DNA from: Candidatus Iainarchaeum sp.
GTDB lineage: Archaea > B1Sed10-29 > WALL01
Direction of reading: 5' to 3'
NCBI GenBank assembly: GCA_023129115.1
Contig: JAGMCR010000008.1
Coordinates: forward strand, 1 to 62,285
Length of the DNA stretch: 62,285 nucleotides
Shown here: one piece after another, positions 17,083 through 27,090 of the stretch
How the letters are laid out: each line of letters starts with the position of its first letter
Position numbering within the stretch: the stretch's first letter is position 1
The notes under the pieces: generated by a model
Seen by the model: the letters and a program-made list of their open reading frames with translations, nothing else
The model's database searches: none
What the model was told of the DNA's origin: nothing
Made by a program: the position numbers and the translations under genes

Positions 17083-17557
17083 GGCCTATCACATCGAGCC
17101 CACCGAGGCCCGCGAGACCATCGTCGGCCAGGGCAACTTCTCGCTGAAGACCGTCGACGACCTGGCGCGCGCGTTGATTGCGACCGCGTCCGGAATCAAG
17201 GTCGGCGTCGCGATGAACGACGGCGGCATGTCCATCACGCGCACGAGCGGCAACGACCCAGTGCTCGAGAAGGACGCGGGGCGCATCTGCCACGACCTCG
17301 GCGCGGGGCACGCGTTCGTCTGCCTCGTCGAAAAAGCGTTTCCAATCAACCTCTTGAACGACTTGTCGCACGTCCACGGCGTGGTCACAATCTTCGCCGC
17401 GACCGCCAACCCGCTCGACGTCTTGGTGTACAAGACCGGGCTCGGCAAGGCAGTCATCGGCGTGGTCGACGGCAAGGCCCCGACCGCTATAGAAGAAGAG
17501 CCCGACAAGCAAAGGCGCAAGGAAACCCTCAAAAAGTTTGGCTACCACCTGGGGTAA
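17075..17557 (+). CDS. Adenosine-specific kinase family (DUF355)
   Basis: IVGQGNF..TVDDL, AGHAF, FPIN, AATANP, GVVDG. Confidence 0.88.
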   Translation: MIEAYHIEPTEARETIVGQGNFSLKTVDDLARALIATASGIKVGVAMNDGGMSITRTSGNDPVLEKDAGRICHDLGAGHAFVCLVEKAFPINLLNDLSHVHGVVTIFAATANPLDVLVYKTGLGKAVIGVVDGKAPTAIEEEPDKQRRKETLKKFGYHLG

Positions 17558-17591
17558 AAGCTTTTTATATTTTGTTTTCCTTATTCTTGGT

Positions 17592-18431
17592 ATGATTGCC
17601 CACCGCTGGGAAATGAAGGCGCCTGAGCGCAAGGCACTGAAAAAGTCTCTTGCCAAGAGCGACGGCAAGGCAAACGCTGTGATGCACCTAGGTTTTTTTG
17701 GCGGCCTCGAGGAAGGAGCTATCCCGGGGTACTCGGAATTCTTGGGCAGGGTCAAGGACTTCTTGAGGAGGGACAAAAAGCCCGTGTTTTTCTTTGTTCC
17801 GCATAACGAAACACCAGTTATGGAATCAACTATCAAAAACATGGGGCTTGGCGTGCCCGTGGTTATTGTGCCAACGTTTAGGGCCTGTGCTGTGCCTGCC
17901 CACAAAGACAAAAAGAAGCGGGAGGAGTACACCTGGCCGGAAACCATGAAGCAAGCGAAAGAGTTCGAGGAGGCGCAGTGGAAAGAACTCGCCAGTGATT
18001 TGGAGGGCTTGGGAGTGCGCGAGCTGGCTGTTGGCGGCGAGGTTGGGGGGTACAAGCGGTTTGGGGAGATTGCTGAAAAAGCAACTAGTGTTGAGAAGGC
18101 TGTGAAACAAGTAAGGAGGCATATGTATCACGACATTTCCAGGCCGCGTGACAAGGAGCGGTTTATTGAAGGGGAGATTGCAAGGAAAATCGCGCACGGC
18201 AAGAAGAATGAGTCGAAGGCTGTGAAATGGTTCAAAAAAGGTTTTTACCCACGGGATGGTTGTGTTGGCGAGTTGCTCGTCAGCATTGCGAGGCACTCTG
18301 ACCAAATCAAGCTCCGCCCCCTCGCTAACTTGATGTGGGAGAATTTTCCGGGCGACAAAGAATTAGGCGAGCCCAAGGAAAAACGGGTTGGGCGCATAAA
18401 ACGCTTTTTCAAGAAAGTTTTCCGTCAATGA
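17592..18431 (+). CDS. Hypothetical Lys-rich orphan protein
   Basis: Long ORF after a TTTTATAT promoter; no recognisable motif. Confidence 0.65.
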   Translation: MIAHRWEMKAPERKALKKSLAKSDGKANAVMHLGFFGGLEEGAIPGYSEFLGRVKDFLRRDKKPVFFFVPHNETPVMESTIKNMGLGVPVVIVPTFRACAVPAHKDKKKREEYTWPETMKQAKEFEEAQWKELASDLEGLGVRELAVGGEVGGYKRFGEIAEKATSVEKAVKQVRRHMYHDISRPRDKERFIEGEIARKIAHGKKNESKAVKWFKKGFYPRDGCVGELLVSIARHSDQIKLRPLANLMWENFPGDKELGEPKEKRVGRIKRFFKKVFRQ

Positions 18432-19053
18432 GTTCTGGAAGCTTAGCGATTGAATCAAGCACTTCCACGTCGCCGAAGTCCTGCTTTTCGTTGTGGCCCG
18501 TGAGCACGGCAATGAACTTGATGCCTGCCCCCGCCGCTGCCGCCTCGTCGTTGGGCGAGTCGCCAACGTACACTGTCTCTTCCCTGGTTATGCCCTTGAG
18601 CCCCAGCACGGTGAGCGCGGGGCCGAACACCCTGCCGTCGGGCTTGCACACGGGCGTCATGCCCTCGCCGTGCACAAACTCGAACCACTCGAGGTCAAAC
18701 CCTTCTTTTTGGAGCTGGCGCTCGGCGCTGTCGGTTGGCTTGCCGGTGACAATCCCGAGCACGAACCCCGCCTGCTTCAGCTTCCGGACTGCGTCGACCG
18801 CGCCGGGAAAGGCGGCGTACCCCTTCCTGGGCGTCCTGGAATAAACAGAAACGAATTCTTCGACGTCGACGTCGGGCCACATGTCGTGGATGGCTGTTCT
18901 CCAGCCCTTGCCGCTCTGCCTAGTGTACTCTTCGCGGCTGGCGGACCGTAGCCCCATTTCTTTTGCAGTGGCCTCGTGCCTCTGTATAATCGTCTGGAGC
19001 GAGTCAATCAGCGTCCCGTCGACGTCCAGAATAACTGCCTTTAGCCGTGCCAT
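18409..19053 (-). CDS. HAD-family hydrolase
   Basis: DVDGTLIDS, KPD, YVGDSPND. Confidence 0.93.
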   Translation of the reverse strand: MARLKAVILDVDGTLIDSLQTIIQRHEATAKEMGLRSASREEYTRQSGKGWRTAIHDMWPDVDVEEFVSVYSRTPRKGYAAFPGAVDAVRKLKQAGFVLGIVTGKPTDSAERQLQKEGFDLEWFEFVHGEGMTPVCKPDGRVFGPALTVLGLKGITREETVYVGDSPNDEAAAAGAGIKFIAVLTGHNEKQDFGDVEVLDSIAKLPELIDGKLS

Positions 19054-19057
19054 GAAG

Positions 19058-19153
19058 TGGACTTGGGGGGATTTGAACCCCCGACCTCAACGTGTTCCGG
19101 AACCGCTAGCGATTCTTGCGAACGTTGCGCTCTTCCGACTGAGCTACAAGCCC
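19058..19153 (-). tRNA. tRNA-Ala(CGC) with 23-nt canonical intron (19094-19116)
   Basis: GGGCTTG/CAAGTCC acceptor stem, CAACG-TT CGC A^A-CGTTG; BHB with TTCG/CGGA helix and CAA, ACA bulges. Confidence 0.93.
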
Positions 19154-19224
19154 GTGCTCCTCTTTTCTATAAAGATAACTATTTAAACTTTAACTCCAGA
19201 ATAAAGCCCGCGAGGTGCTTAGAT

Positions 19225-19605
19225 ATGTCTCTTTTGCTTAAAGGACGAGTGGTTTCTGGTGACAAAACGGGGGCGTATTTCATCAGCAAGTACGCTGCCA
19301 AGATGAAGGCCAGGCTCGGCTACGACCCGTTCCCGGGCACGCTCAACATCGAGGTGCCGGTGGCCCCGAGCTTCCCCACGCGCTCGAACTTCATTTCTTC
19401 GTGGACAGACTCCGGCAAGCAGTTCGGCGCGGTGTGGATGTACCCCGCCGTGATGCTGAACACCAAGGTAACCGTTGTAGTCCCCGAGCTCACGCACCAC
19501 GGCAGCAAAGTCGTCGAAGTAATCTCGCAGCACTGCCTCCGCGCAAAGTTCCACCTCAAGGACGGCGACTACGTGGAAGTCGAGGTAGAGGAATTCACCC
19601 GATAA
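19225..19605 (+). CDS. ribK: CTP-dependent riboflavin kinase
   Basis: GRVVSG..G..F, LGYDPFPGTLN, VEVIS..LR..LKDGD. Confidence 0.88.
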   Translation: MSLLLKGRVVSGDKTGAYFISKYAAKMKARLGYDPFPGTLNIEVPVAPSFPTRSNFISSWTDSGKQFGAVWMYPAVMLNTKVTVVVPELTHHGSKVVEVISQHCLRAKFHLKDGDYVEVEVEEFTR

Positions 19606-20203
19606 TCGCGTTGACCTTTCCCAGCAGTTCTTTCTTCCTGCCTATGCCGTAGTAGCCCTCAACCTTTCCCTTGAGCTCGCCGCCCTCGAAAAACGCGAGG
19701 CACGGCAGTTCAGTGATGCCGTACTTTTTCAAGAGCTCTGAGCCCGGAACAACCTCTATCTTCCGGTACTTCACAGCCATCTCGCCAAACAATTGCTTGA
19801 TGGGGATGCTATTTATGAGGCACTTGATTGTCTCCGGAGCATAGAACTCGACCACCGCCAGCTGCGTGGCCTCAAGAATCTGCACGCCGAACCGCTCCCT
19901 GCAAATCTCGAACGCACGGTCGACTGTCTCCGCGCCGTACCTGTCGACGAACAAGTCCGAGACCTGGCGGGGGTCATCGTCGATTTCTTTTTTGATTCGC
20001 TGGTACTCCTCATCACTGCCAGCGACGCGGATGGCCCCCACCGGGCACGATTTTTCACACGCGCCGCAGCTCACGCACTTGGCGTCATCAATCCCAATTT
20101 TACTGTTTTCCTCGTCCCAGAAAAGCGCGTGCGTCGGGCAAATCCCAATGCCCGAGCAGTCCTTGGAGTTGTCGCAAATCTTCCGGTTAATCAAAACCGC
20201 CAT
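19595..20203 (-). CDS. 4Fe-4S ferredoxin fused to a thioredoxin-like domain
   Basis: CDNSKDC..CP and CVSCGACEKSCP; C-terminal VEFY..YGITELPCLAFF. Confidence 0.85.
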   Translation of the reverse strand: MAVLINRKICDNSKDCSGIGICPTHALFWDEENSKIGIDDAKCVSCGACEKSCPVGAIRVAGSDEEYQRIKKEIDDDPRQVSDLFVDRYGAETVDRAFEICRERFGVQILEATQLAVVEFYAPETIKCLINSIPIKQLFGEMAVKYRKIEVVPGSELLKKYGITELPCLAFFEGGELKGKVEGYYGIGRKKELLGKVNAIIG

Positions 20204-20256
20204 AACCCTTATTCTGCACGTAAACCTTTTTATTCCCGACCCGTGTTTCCTGCTTT

Positions 20257-20679
20257 ATGAAGAAGATAGGCCGCGACCCTGTCAAAAAGCACATGCGCAA
20301 GAAGTTCCCCACCCTGAAGCCAGGCGACTCCATCGCCAGGGCAGTCAAGGTGTTCAAGGGGACCACGCTCTCCGCGATTCCAGTGCTCAGCAACGGCAAC
20401 TTCGTGGGAGAGCTCCACGAAAGCGACCTACTCAAGCTCGCGGTCGACCCCACGCGCGTCTCAGAGGCAAAGGTCGCGCGCTCAGGCCTCGCGTTCTTCG
20501 CCGAAAAAGTAAGTGAATTGATGACGCGCCACGAGGACACCATCGCGCCAGACGCCCTTGTGTCCGAGGCCGCGCTCATGATGCTCAACGACGGCGACGC
20601 AATCGTCCCGGTCACTGAAGGCGGCAAAATAGTCGGCGTAATCACGAGGCAAGACATAGTCAACAGGATGGTGAAGTAA
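20257..20679 (+). CDS. CBS-domain pair protein
   Basis: IPVL..FVGELHESDL and VPVTEGGKIVGVITRQDI. Confidence 0.9.
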   Translation: MKKIGRDPVKKHMRKKFPTLKPGDSIARAVKVFKGTTLSAIPVLSNGNFVGELHESDLLKLAVDPTRVSEAKVARSGLAFFAEKVSELMTRHEDTIAPDALVSEAALMMLNDGDAIVPVTEGGKIVGVITRQDIVNRMVK

Positions 20680-21827
20680 TGGAGTTCCTCCTCGACCTCG
20701 CGCTGGTCCTCATCCTCGCCAAAGTCTTCGGCGAGTTCTTCGAGCGCATCGAAATGCCCGAGCTCCTCGGCGCCATCGTCGCCGGGTTCCTGCTTGGCCC
20801 CATCCTGGGCTTGGTCGACATTAACAACATCGCGGCGTTCGGCCAAGTCGGATTGATACTATTACTGTTCATCGTGGGCTTCGAGGAAGTCAACCTGGAG
20901 CAAATGCTCCGCAACAAAAAGTCCTCGGTAATGGCTGGCCTGTTCGGCTCCATACTCCCCCTAATCGCGGGCTACTTACTCGCCCAGTACTTCGGCTTCG
21001 GGTTCGGCGCGTCGCTCTTCATCGGCGTCGCCCTCGCAGCCACTTCAATAACCATTTCGCTCGGCTCGTTCATAGCCAAAGGCCAGCTCAACACCCGCGT
21101 CGGCCGCACCATACTCGGCGCGTCCGTGGTGGACGACATCGTGGGCCTCTTCCTCCTCGCGTTCGTCGTGTCCATGGCGGCCACCGGCGCGCTCCCGTCG
21201 CTTGGCGAGCTGGGCAGCATAGTGTTTGGCATGGTCGCGTTCGCGGCCATCTTCTTGGTCGCGGGCTGGCTGTTCCCCAAGCTCGTCGCAATCTCCAAGC
21301 GCTTCGAGGCAGAGGAGGCACAGTTCTCCGTGACAATCGTCCTGGTAATCCTCCTGGCGTTCCTCGCGGACAAGCTCGGGCTCTCCACAGTCCTCGGCGC
21401 GTTCCTAGCGGGAGTAATCCTGTCCCACACGTCAATCGGCACCAAGCGCTTCTCTGGCAAGCTCGATGTCATTTCCGAGGGCTTCTTCATCCCCCTGTTC
21501 TTCGCGTGGGTGGGGCTGCAAATCGTGGTGGACGCCAGCGCGCTCAGCATGTTCACACTCGCCCTCGTGGCAGTTGCCCTGGCGTCCAAGATGATCGCGT
21601 GCTACGGCGCAGGAATGCTGTCGGGCCTGAACAACAAGGAGTCCCTCGCGCTCGGCATCGGCATGATTCCCCGCGGCGAGGTGGCGATGGTAATTCTCGT
21701 GCTTGGCACGGGCATCGGCGTCCTCTCCGCCAGCGTGTTCAGCTCGTTCCTCATACTGATTTTCGTGAGCGTGTTCCTAACGCCAGTGCTCCTCTCGCCG
21801 CTCTTGTCCGGCAAGCTGCCGAAGTGA
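20679..21827 (+). CDS. Cation:proton antiporter (CPA2/NapA-like)
   Basis: ATSITIS, VVDDIVG, FFIPLFF, GMIPRGEV; ~12 TM helices. Confidence 0.95.
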   Translation: MEFLLDLALVLILAKVFGEFFERIEMPELLGAIVAGFLLGPILGLVDINNIAAFGQVGLILLLFIVGFEEVNLEQMLRNKKSSVMAGLFGSILPLIAGYLLAQYFGFGFGASLFIGVALAATSITISLGSFIAKGQLNTRVGRTILGASVVDDIVGLFLLAFVVSMAATGALPSLGELGSIVFGMVAFAAIFLVAGWLFPKLVAISKRFEAEEAQFSVTIVLVILLAFLADKLGLSTVLGAFLAGVILSHTSIGTKRFSGKLDVISEGFFIPLFFAWVGLQIVVDASALSMFTLALVAVALASKMIACYGAGMLSGLNNKESLALGIGMIPRGEVAMVILVLGTGIGVLSASVFSSFLILIFVSVFLTPVLLSPLLSGKLPK

Positions 21828-21973
21828 CGAAAGCCTTTTATTCCCCCCGTTCGTTGAACCGCTCATGCGAGCAGCCCAAACCTGGGCTACCCCGACAATC
21901 TTTGGGGATTCGCCAGGTGGCGCGGTCGACTAAAAGCGGGGGGCAAGCCCCCGCGGATAGGCAGGTGATATGA

Positions 21974-22411
21974 GTGAGAGCAGGAATAGTTGAAGTATTA
22001 AGCGCAGAAGAGGTAAACAACTTCCTTGAGTCAGAGTTCGAGAAGGAAGTCTCCACGCTCGAAATCAAGCGCGAGCTCGTGCCGACCATCGACGACGCAG
22101 CGCTGGGCGCGAAGCGCCTCATCGAGGACACTGCGTGCGACTTCGTCGTGATTGGCTATGCCCTTGAGGAGGGCGAGAAGCTTTCCCAGGCCTTCGAGAA
22201 CAGCATTCTCCACGCGCAGTTCACCTTGAAGAAAAACATTTTCCGCGTGATTGTCCCACACGACAAGAAGACAGAGGACTATGCCCGCGAGGCGGCCAAG
22301 GAAATAATCCGCTACTTCTACAAGCCGCACGAGCTCCAGCACGAGCGCAGCACCATGGCAGAGGGACAAGAGACCGACTCGTCGTTCAACCCGTTCGCCA
22401 TGTTCGGGTGA
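21974..22411 (+). CDS. Divergent archaeal riboflavin synthase (lumazine-synthase-fold RibC) homologue
   Basis: RELVPTIDD...AKRLIEDTACDFV resembles R.TVPGIKD...KKLIEE.GCD.V; the N-terminal DTTF.R motif is absent; AGGTGA SD. Confidence 0.55.
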   Translation: MRAGIVEVLSAEEVNNFLESEFEKEVSTLEIKRELVPTIDDAALGAKRLIEDTACDFVVIGYALEEGEKLSQAFENSILHAQFTLKKNIFRVIVPHDKKTEDYAREAAKEIIRYFYKPHELQHERSTMAEGQETDSSFNPFAMFG

Positions 22412-22415
22412 TTGA

Positions 22416-22712
22416 ATGATAATCGCGGTGACCACTTTTTCCACCGAGCGCGACGCCAGGATTGTGGCAAAAACAGTCGTCGACGAAAAGCTCGCGGCGT
22501 GCGCCCAGATAAGCAAAATCAATTCCGTCTACAGGTCCGAGGGCGAGATGAAGGACGAGACAGAGTACAAGCTCGTGCTAAAGACAACGAAAGAAAAGCT
22601 CCCCGCGCTCGAGGAAAAAGTGAAAGAAATGCACAAGTACTCCATGCCCCAATGGGTCTGGTGGGACGCAGAAGCATCCAAAGAATACGGGGACTGGGTC
22701 GAGAAAAGTTGA
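22416..22712 (+). CDS. cutA: Divalent-cation tolerance protein CutA
   Basis: EKLAACAQI..SVY, LKT, H.Y..P, Y.DWV. Confidence 0.93.
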   Translation: MIIAVTTFSTERDARIVAKTVVDEKLAACAQISKINSVYRSEGEMKDETEYKLVLKTTKEKLPALEEKVKEMHKYSMPQWVWWDAEASKEYGDWVEKS

Positions 22713-22961
22713 TTACTCCAGAAGTAGCTTTTTGAGCTCTTTTAGTTTAGTTGGGTCCAGTGAAATCCTGGCCCCCTCTTTTTTCTTTTTGTACAATAGA
22801 AAGCCGTCACGTATCAGGCCTTTCACAGCCCTCCGGACTTCTTTGGCTTCCCCCACAGGAAATCCTTTGGCCGCGTTTTCTTCAAGCATTTGCTTGTTGC
22901 CTATATACCGCTTCCGCAGCATTTTCTTCAAAAGGGCTTTTTCGTGCCTATCAACTATCAT
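22713..22961 (-). CDS. Small basic protein, possible toxin of an archaeal TA-like pair
   Basis: KRYIGNKQM..ENAAKGFP..VKGLIRDGFL..ISLDP; low GC. Confidence 0.6.
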   Translation of the reverse strand: MIVDRHEKALLKKMLRKRYIGNKQMLEENAAKGFPVGEAKEVRRAVKGLIRDGFLLYKKKKEGARISLDPTKLKELKKLLLE

Positions 22962-23050
22962 CAAACCACTGATTGACTTGGTGTCATATTTAAGTTGATT
23001 TTTGGGAAACATTTATATTGTTGTTTGTTTACTATACTGGTGTGGTTTAA

Positions 23051-23356
23051 ATGGGTTTCGTTGACTTGTTTGGCGACACGACAATGTCAAGAGTCCTGGA
23101 TTTCTTGACTACTTATGAGGGGTTTGACTACTCCTTGACAGAGATGGCCAGGAATGCTGAAGTCAGTTACCGGAGTCTGCAGAGGATTTTCCCCCAGCTG
23201 GTTGAGTGGCAGTTCGTGAAGAAGACCCGCCGCATTGGCCGGGCTGAAATGTATACTGTAAACACGGACAACGAGATTGTCAAGGAATTGGATCGCCTGG
23301 CAACTGAAATTGATTTCCTGATGGTAGAGAAAAAAGCGCTTGCTGCAACTTCTTAA
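23051..23356 (+). CDS. Winged-helix protein (antitoxin/regulator-like)
   Basis: RVLDFL..FDYSLTEMARNAEVSY..TRRIGRAEMY. Confidence 0.8.
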   Translation: MGFVDLFGDTTMSRVLDFLTTYEGFDYSLTEMARNAEVSYRSLQRIFPQLVEWQFVKKTRRIGRAEMYTVNTDNEIVKELDRLATEIDFLMVEKKALAATS

Positions 23357-23362
23357 GGGGCC

Positions 23363-23413
23363 TGGTTCGAGGCCAACGCAAGCAAGGAGTACTCGGACTG
23401 GGTTTCCCGCTAA
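23363..23413 (+). pseudogene. Orphaned second copy of the cutA C-terminus
   Basis: Translates [16 protein letters not shown] versus cutA WWDAEASKEYGDWVEKS*. Confidence 0.7.
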
Positions 23414-25416
23414 AACAATGCGTACGTCGCGATTAACGGCGCGAAGACCAGCGACACAATCGACATGAGCTTCAGCAGGATGTTCAGCGACGGCCCTGAA
23501 GTGTCCTTGAACGGGTCGCCCACAGTGTCGCCAATGACTGCCGCCTGGTGCGCGAGGCTTCCCTTGCCGCCGTGGACGCCGCTCTCAATCAGCTTCTTGG
23601 CGTTGTCCCACGCGCCCCCCGCGTTCGCCATCTCTACGGCCAGCAGGAACCCCGTGACAGTCGCCCCAACCAACAGGCCGGCAAGCGCCGCCGGGCCGAA
23701 CAAGAACCCGAACGCAACCGGGCTCACGACAGCCATCACGGCCGGCGCAATCATCTGGCGCTGTGCCGCCTTCGTGCTGATGTCGACGCACTTGCGGTAG
23801 TCAGGCCTGACCGTCCCGGCGAGTATGCCCTTGTTCTTGAACTGCCTCCTGACCTCGTCAATCATGTCCTTGGCCGCGCTGCTCACGCCCAATATGGTCA
23901 GGGACGAGAACAGGAACGGCAGTGTCCCGCCGATGAAGACGCCGACCAGCACAATTGGGCTCGCCAGGCTTATGCTGGTGGGGTCGAGGCCCGCGGCCTG
24001 TATGTAGGCCGCGATGAGCGCCAGTGTCGTCAATGCCGCGCTCCCAATCGCGAACCCCTTGCCTGTCGCGGCAGTGGTGTTGCCCATGGCGTCGAGCGCG
24101 TCAGTGCGCTTGCGCACGTTCGCAGGCATCTTCGCCATCTCTGCGATGCCGCCCGCGTTGTCCGCGACCGGCCCGTACGCGTCCGTGGCCAGGGTGATGC
24201 CCAGCGTGGAGAGCATTCCGACCGCTGCAATGGCGATGCCGAACACTCCGGCGAAGTAGTACGACGCAAGCACTGCGATGGAGATTGCAATCACTGGAAT
24301 TGCGGTGGAAGCCATTCCCACGGCCAGCCCGAACATGATGTTCGTTGCCGCGCCGGTGAGTGACGCGTCCGCGATTTCTTGTGTCTTCTTGTACTGCTCT
24401 GACGTGTAGTACTCTGTGCCGAACCCAATGATGGTGCCGGCGATTAGCCCCATGAGCACAGGCACGAACAGTTGGATTGCCATGTCCGGCGCGAGCAGCT
24501 GGAGCGCCGCGTAAACGAACACGAGCATGAGCACAGCCGCGCCAATCGTGCCCTTCCTTAGGGCACTGAGGAGGGCGGCCATGCCGCCCTTCTTGAGCTT
24601 GACGAACTTGGTCGCCACGACAGAAGCGAGTATCCCGCAAGCCGCAATCGCGAACGGAATCTCAAAGCCGAGGAGCCCAAACTGCGCGACGCCGAGCGCC
24701 GCCGCGGCAATCATCGCCCCGACGTAGGACTCGAACAGGTCTGCTCCCATTCCGGCGACATCGCCCACGTTGTCGCCCACGTTGTCCGCGATGACCGCGG
24801 GGTTGCGCGGGTCGTCCTCTGGAATCCCGGCCTCTATCTTCCCGACCAGGTCAGCGCCGACGTCGGCGGCCTTGGTGTAGATGCCGCCCCCGACGCGCGC
24901 GAACAATGCAATCGAGGAGGCGCCGAACCCGAAGCCGACAATCAGCTCCGCGATTTTCGTGTAGTCAGCGGGGAAGAAGCTGTTGAGCACGAGGTAGGTC
25001 AGCGAAAGCCCAATCAGGCCAAAGCCAACCACGCACAGGCCCATTACCGCGCCGCTTGAGAACGCGACGAGAAGGCCCTTGCCCAGGCTTTTTTCTGCGG
25101 CCTCGACTGTCCTGGCGTTTGAGTTGGTCGCCATGTACATGCCGAGGAAGCCCGCGAGCCCGGACAGCACGGCGCCAAAGACGAAGGCGCCCGCCGTGAA
25201 CGGGCTGATGAAGTAGTAGAGCAGGGCAGTGATTGCGACCACGAATACGGACATGGTCAGGTACTGCCGCTTGAGGTACGCCATGGCGCCCTCGCGAATC
25301 ATTCCTGAGAGCTCGGCGGTCTTCTTGTGCCTGAGCTTCTGTTTAAGCACTTTGTTTGCGTAGTAGTAGGCCGCGCCAAGCGCTATTAGCCCAACAAGTA
25401 TTGCCAAGTAAATCAT
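23410..25416 (-). CDS. hppA: Membrane-bound ion-translocating pyrophosphatase (K+-dependent, probably Na+-pumping)
   Basis: [42 protein letters not shown]. Confidence 0.97.
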   Translation of the reverse strand: MIYLAILVGLIALGAAYYYANKVLKQKLRHKKTAELSGMIREGAMAYLKRQYLTMSVFVVAITALLYYFISPFTAGAFVFGAVLSGLAGFLGMYMATNSNARTVEAAEKSLGKGLLVAFSSGAVMGLCVVGFGLIGLSLTYLVLNSFFPADYTKIAELIVGFGFGASSIALFARVGGGIYTKAADVGADLVGKIEAGIPEDDPRNPAVIADNVGDNVGDVAGMGADLFESYVGAMIAAAALGVAQFGLLGFEIPFAIAACGILASVVATKFVKLKKGGMAALLSALRKGTIGAAVLMLVFVYAALQLLAPDMAIQLFVPVLMGLIAGTIIGFGTEYYTSEQYKKTQEIADASLTGAATNIMFGLAVGMASTAIPVIAISIAVLASYYFAGVFGIAIAAVGMLSTLGITLATDAYGPVADNAGGIAEMAKMPANVRKRTDALDAMGNTTAATGKGFAIGSAALTTLALIAAYIQAAGLDPTSISLASPIVLVGVFIGGTLPFLFSSLTILGVSSAAKDMIDEVRRQFKNKGILAGTVRPDYRKCVDISTKAAQRQMIAPAVMAVVSPVAFGFLFGPAALAGLLVGATVTGFLLAVEMANAGGAWDNAKKLIESGVHGGKGSLAHQAAVIGDTVGDPFKDTSGPSLNILLKLMSIVSLVFAPLIATYALF

Positions 25417-25469
25417 TAGAAATACACCTCTTAAGAGAGTTCAGTTATTGATGAACACCTTTATAAACG

Positions 25470-26435
25470 TTAAAGGCTGCTCAGCTCTTCCCACAGCGCG
25501 TCGTCGACCTCAATGAAGCCGTTCTTGAGGTTTTCCCGCTTTTTCCTCGCGCTTTTCTCGCCGGGCACGAATATCTCTTCCACTCCCTCTGCCTTGCGCG
25601 AGGCCTTAACTTCCTCGACGAGCCTGCTGACTTTTTCCTCGAACTCGTCGCGGCCAGCGAATGCCTCTGGGTCAATTACCTGGAACAGGAATCCCCTGCC
25701 CGTCTTTTCCGTGCCGACCTTTGCCTTCACGAGCGGCCCGACGAGCGCCTCGATGGCGAGCCCGAGGCCGTAGCCTTTGTACCCGCCGAAGGCAACCATG
25801 GAGTGGACTTCATCGGGGTCGCGCGTGGGGTTCCCGCTCTTGTCAATCGCGCAGCCCTCCGGGATTTCTTCGCCGTACCTTTTGGCGTACCTCGTGACGC
25901 CCTTGGCGCGCACCGTGGTGGCCATGTCAACTATGATGGGCTCTTGCTTCGACGGAATGCCAATCGCAATCGGGTTCGTGCCGTAGACCGGGTCTATGCC
26001 CCCGAACGGGGCGGTGGCCGCGTTTGCCACGGTCGTTACTATGCCAATCATGCCTTGTTTCACGGCGTGGCGGGCCTGGTAGCCAGGCATCAAATAGGGC
26101 GGGTGGTTGTACGACCCAACCATGGCGACTCCGCTTTCTTTCGCTTTCTTGGCGGCGAGCTCCATCGCGAACTTTCCCACGAGCTGGCCCGCGTTGCCGT
26201 TGCCGTTCACCAGGGCGTACGCCGGCCCCTCGCGCTCTATCTCGATTGCACCCTTCGGCGCAATGCCCTTAATTTCGATGGGGAAGGCAATGAGGCCGTG
26301 GCAGCTGTCGCTCCTGCCGCGCAGCTCGCCGTCCATGAACTCGTCGGCGACAATGCCCGCGTCTTCCGCGGACAACCCTTTCGCAGTAAGCTTTTCTTCC
26401 AGCAGCTCCCGTGCCTCTTCAATTTGTACCTTCAT
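25470..26435 (-). CDS. Type-2 malate/L-lactate dehydrogenase family oxidoreductase
   Basis: LRG..CHG, GTNPIA, DMAT, FGGYKGYGL, VPGE. Confidence 0.92.
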   Translation of the reverse strand: MKVQIEEARELLEEKLTAKGLSAEDAGIVADEFMDGELRGRSDSCHGLIAFPIEIKGIAPKGAIEIEREGPAYALVNGNGNAGQLVGKFAMELAAKKAKESGVAMVGSYNHPPYLMPGYQARHAVKQGMIGIVTTVANAATAPFGGIDPVYGTNPIAIGIPSKQEPIIVDMATTVRAKGVTRYAKRYGEEIPEGCAIDKSGNPTRDPDEVHSMVAFGGYKGYGLGLAIEALVGPLVKAKVGTEKTGRGFLFQVIDPEAFAGRDEFEEKVSRLVEEVKASRKAEGVEEIFVPGEKSARKKRENLKNGFIEVDDALWEELSSL

Positions 26436-26439
26436 TCAA

Positions 26440-27090
26440 TCACTTCTTTTGTATGATGAGTTCCCAGGGATAGCGCTTTTGCATACCAAAAACTTTTTTG
26501 TCGCCTTTGCTGCCTTCACCATACCTCTTCATTAAATAATCAAAGTTTTTGAAAAACCTGTCCAGGATCCCCTCGTCGCAGACGTAATGGGGCTCTTCAG
26601 ATTCTGGGCCATGGATGCCCACGTAAACATTGGGGGCGATTTCCCTGCCTTCACTTATTTTTGGGTCCTTGTGTGAAATCATTGTCGCCACCAGTATGCC
26701 TTTTGGCTTCAGCACGCGTTCTATCTCTGAAATTGTTTTTTCGATATCCGCGTGGAGGCCGTGGAGTATAACCCCAACACTCACCACAGCGTCAAAGGAG
26801 CTGTCCGGGTAAACCAGGGAACGCATGTCACCCGCGTCTATCCGTGCCTCCAGCCCAGTTTTTTCAAGGAGCGCTTTAGTTCTCTTGACCGCTTCTTCAG
26901 AGATGTCAACCCCAGTCACGTCGAATCCCTGCTGTGCAAGGAATACGGTGTGCCTTCCAGCGCCACAGCCGTGGTCGAGGACAGTTCTCACGTTATGCTT
27001 TTTCAACACCGGAATGGAGTCCACAACAAGCTTTCTTGGCTCGGTCATTCCCAACTGGTATTTCTTGATAAACTCGTCCCAGCCACTCAC
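26440..27090 (-). CDS. Class I SAM-dependent methyltransferase
   Basis: VLDHGCGAGRH, GVDIS, FDAV, RVLKPKG. Confidence 0.92.
   Translation of the reverse strand: MSGWDEFIKKYQLGMTEPRKLVVDSIPVLKKHNVRTVLDHGCGAGRHTVFLAQQGFDVTGVDISEEAVKRTKALLEKTGLEARIDAGDMRSLVYPDSSFDAVVSVGVILHGLHADIEKTISEIERVLKPKGILVATMISHKDPKISEGREIAPNVYVGIHGPESEEPHYVCDEGILDRFFKNFDYLMKRYGEGSKGDKKVFGMQKRYPWELIIQKK

Noticed and set aside
21859-21973. FMN riboswitch
   Set aside because: Conserved FMN aptamer sequences are absent.
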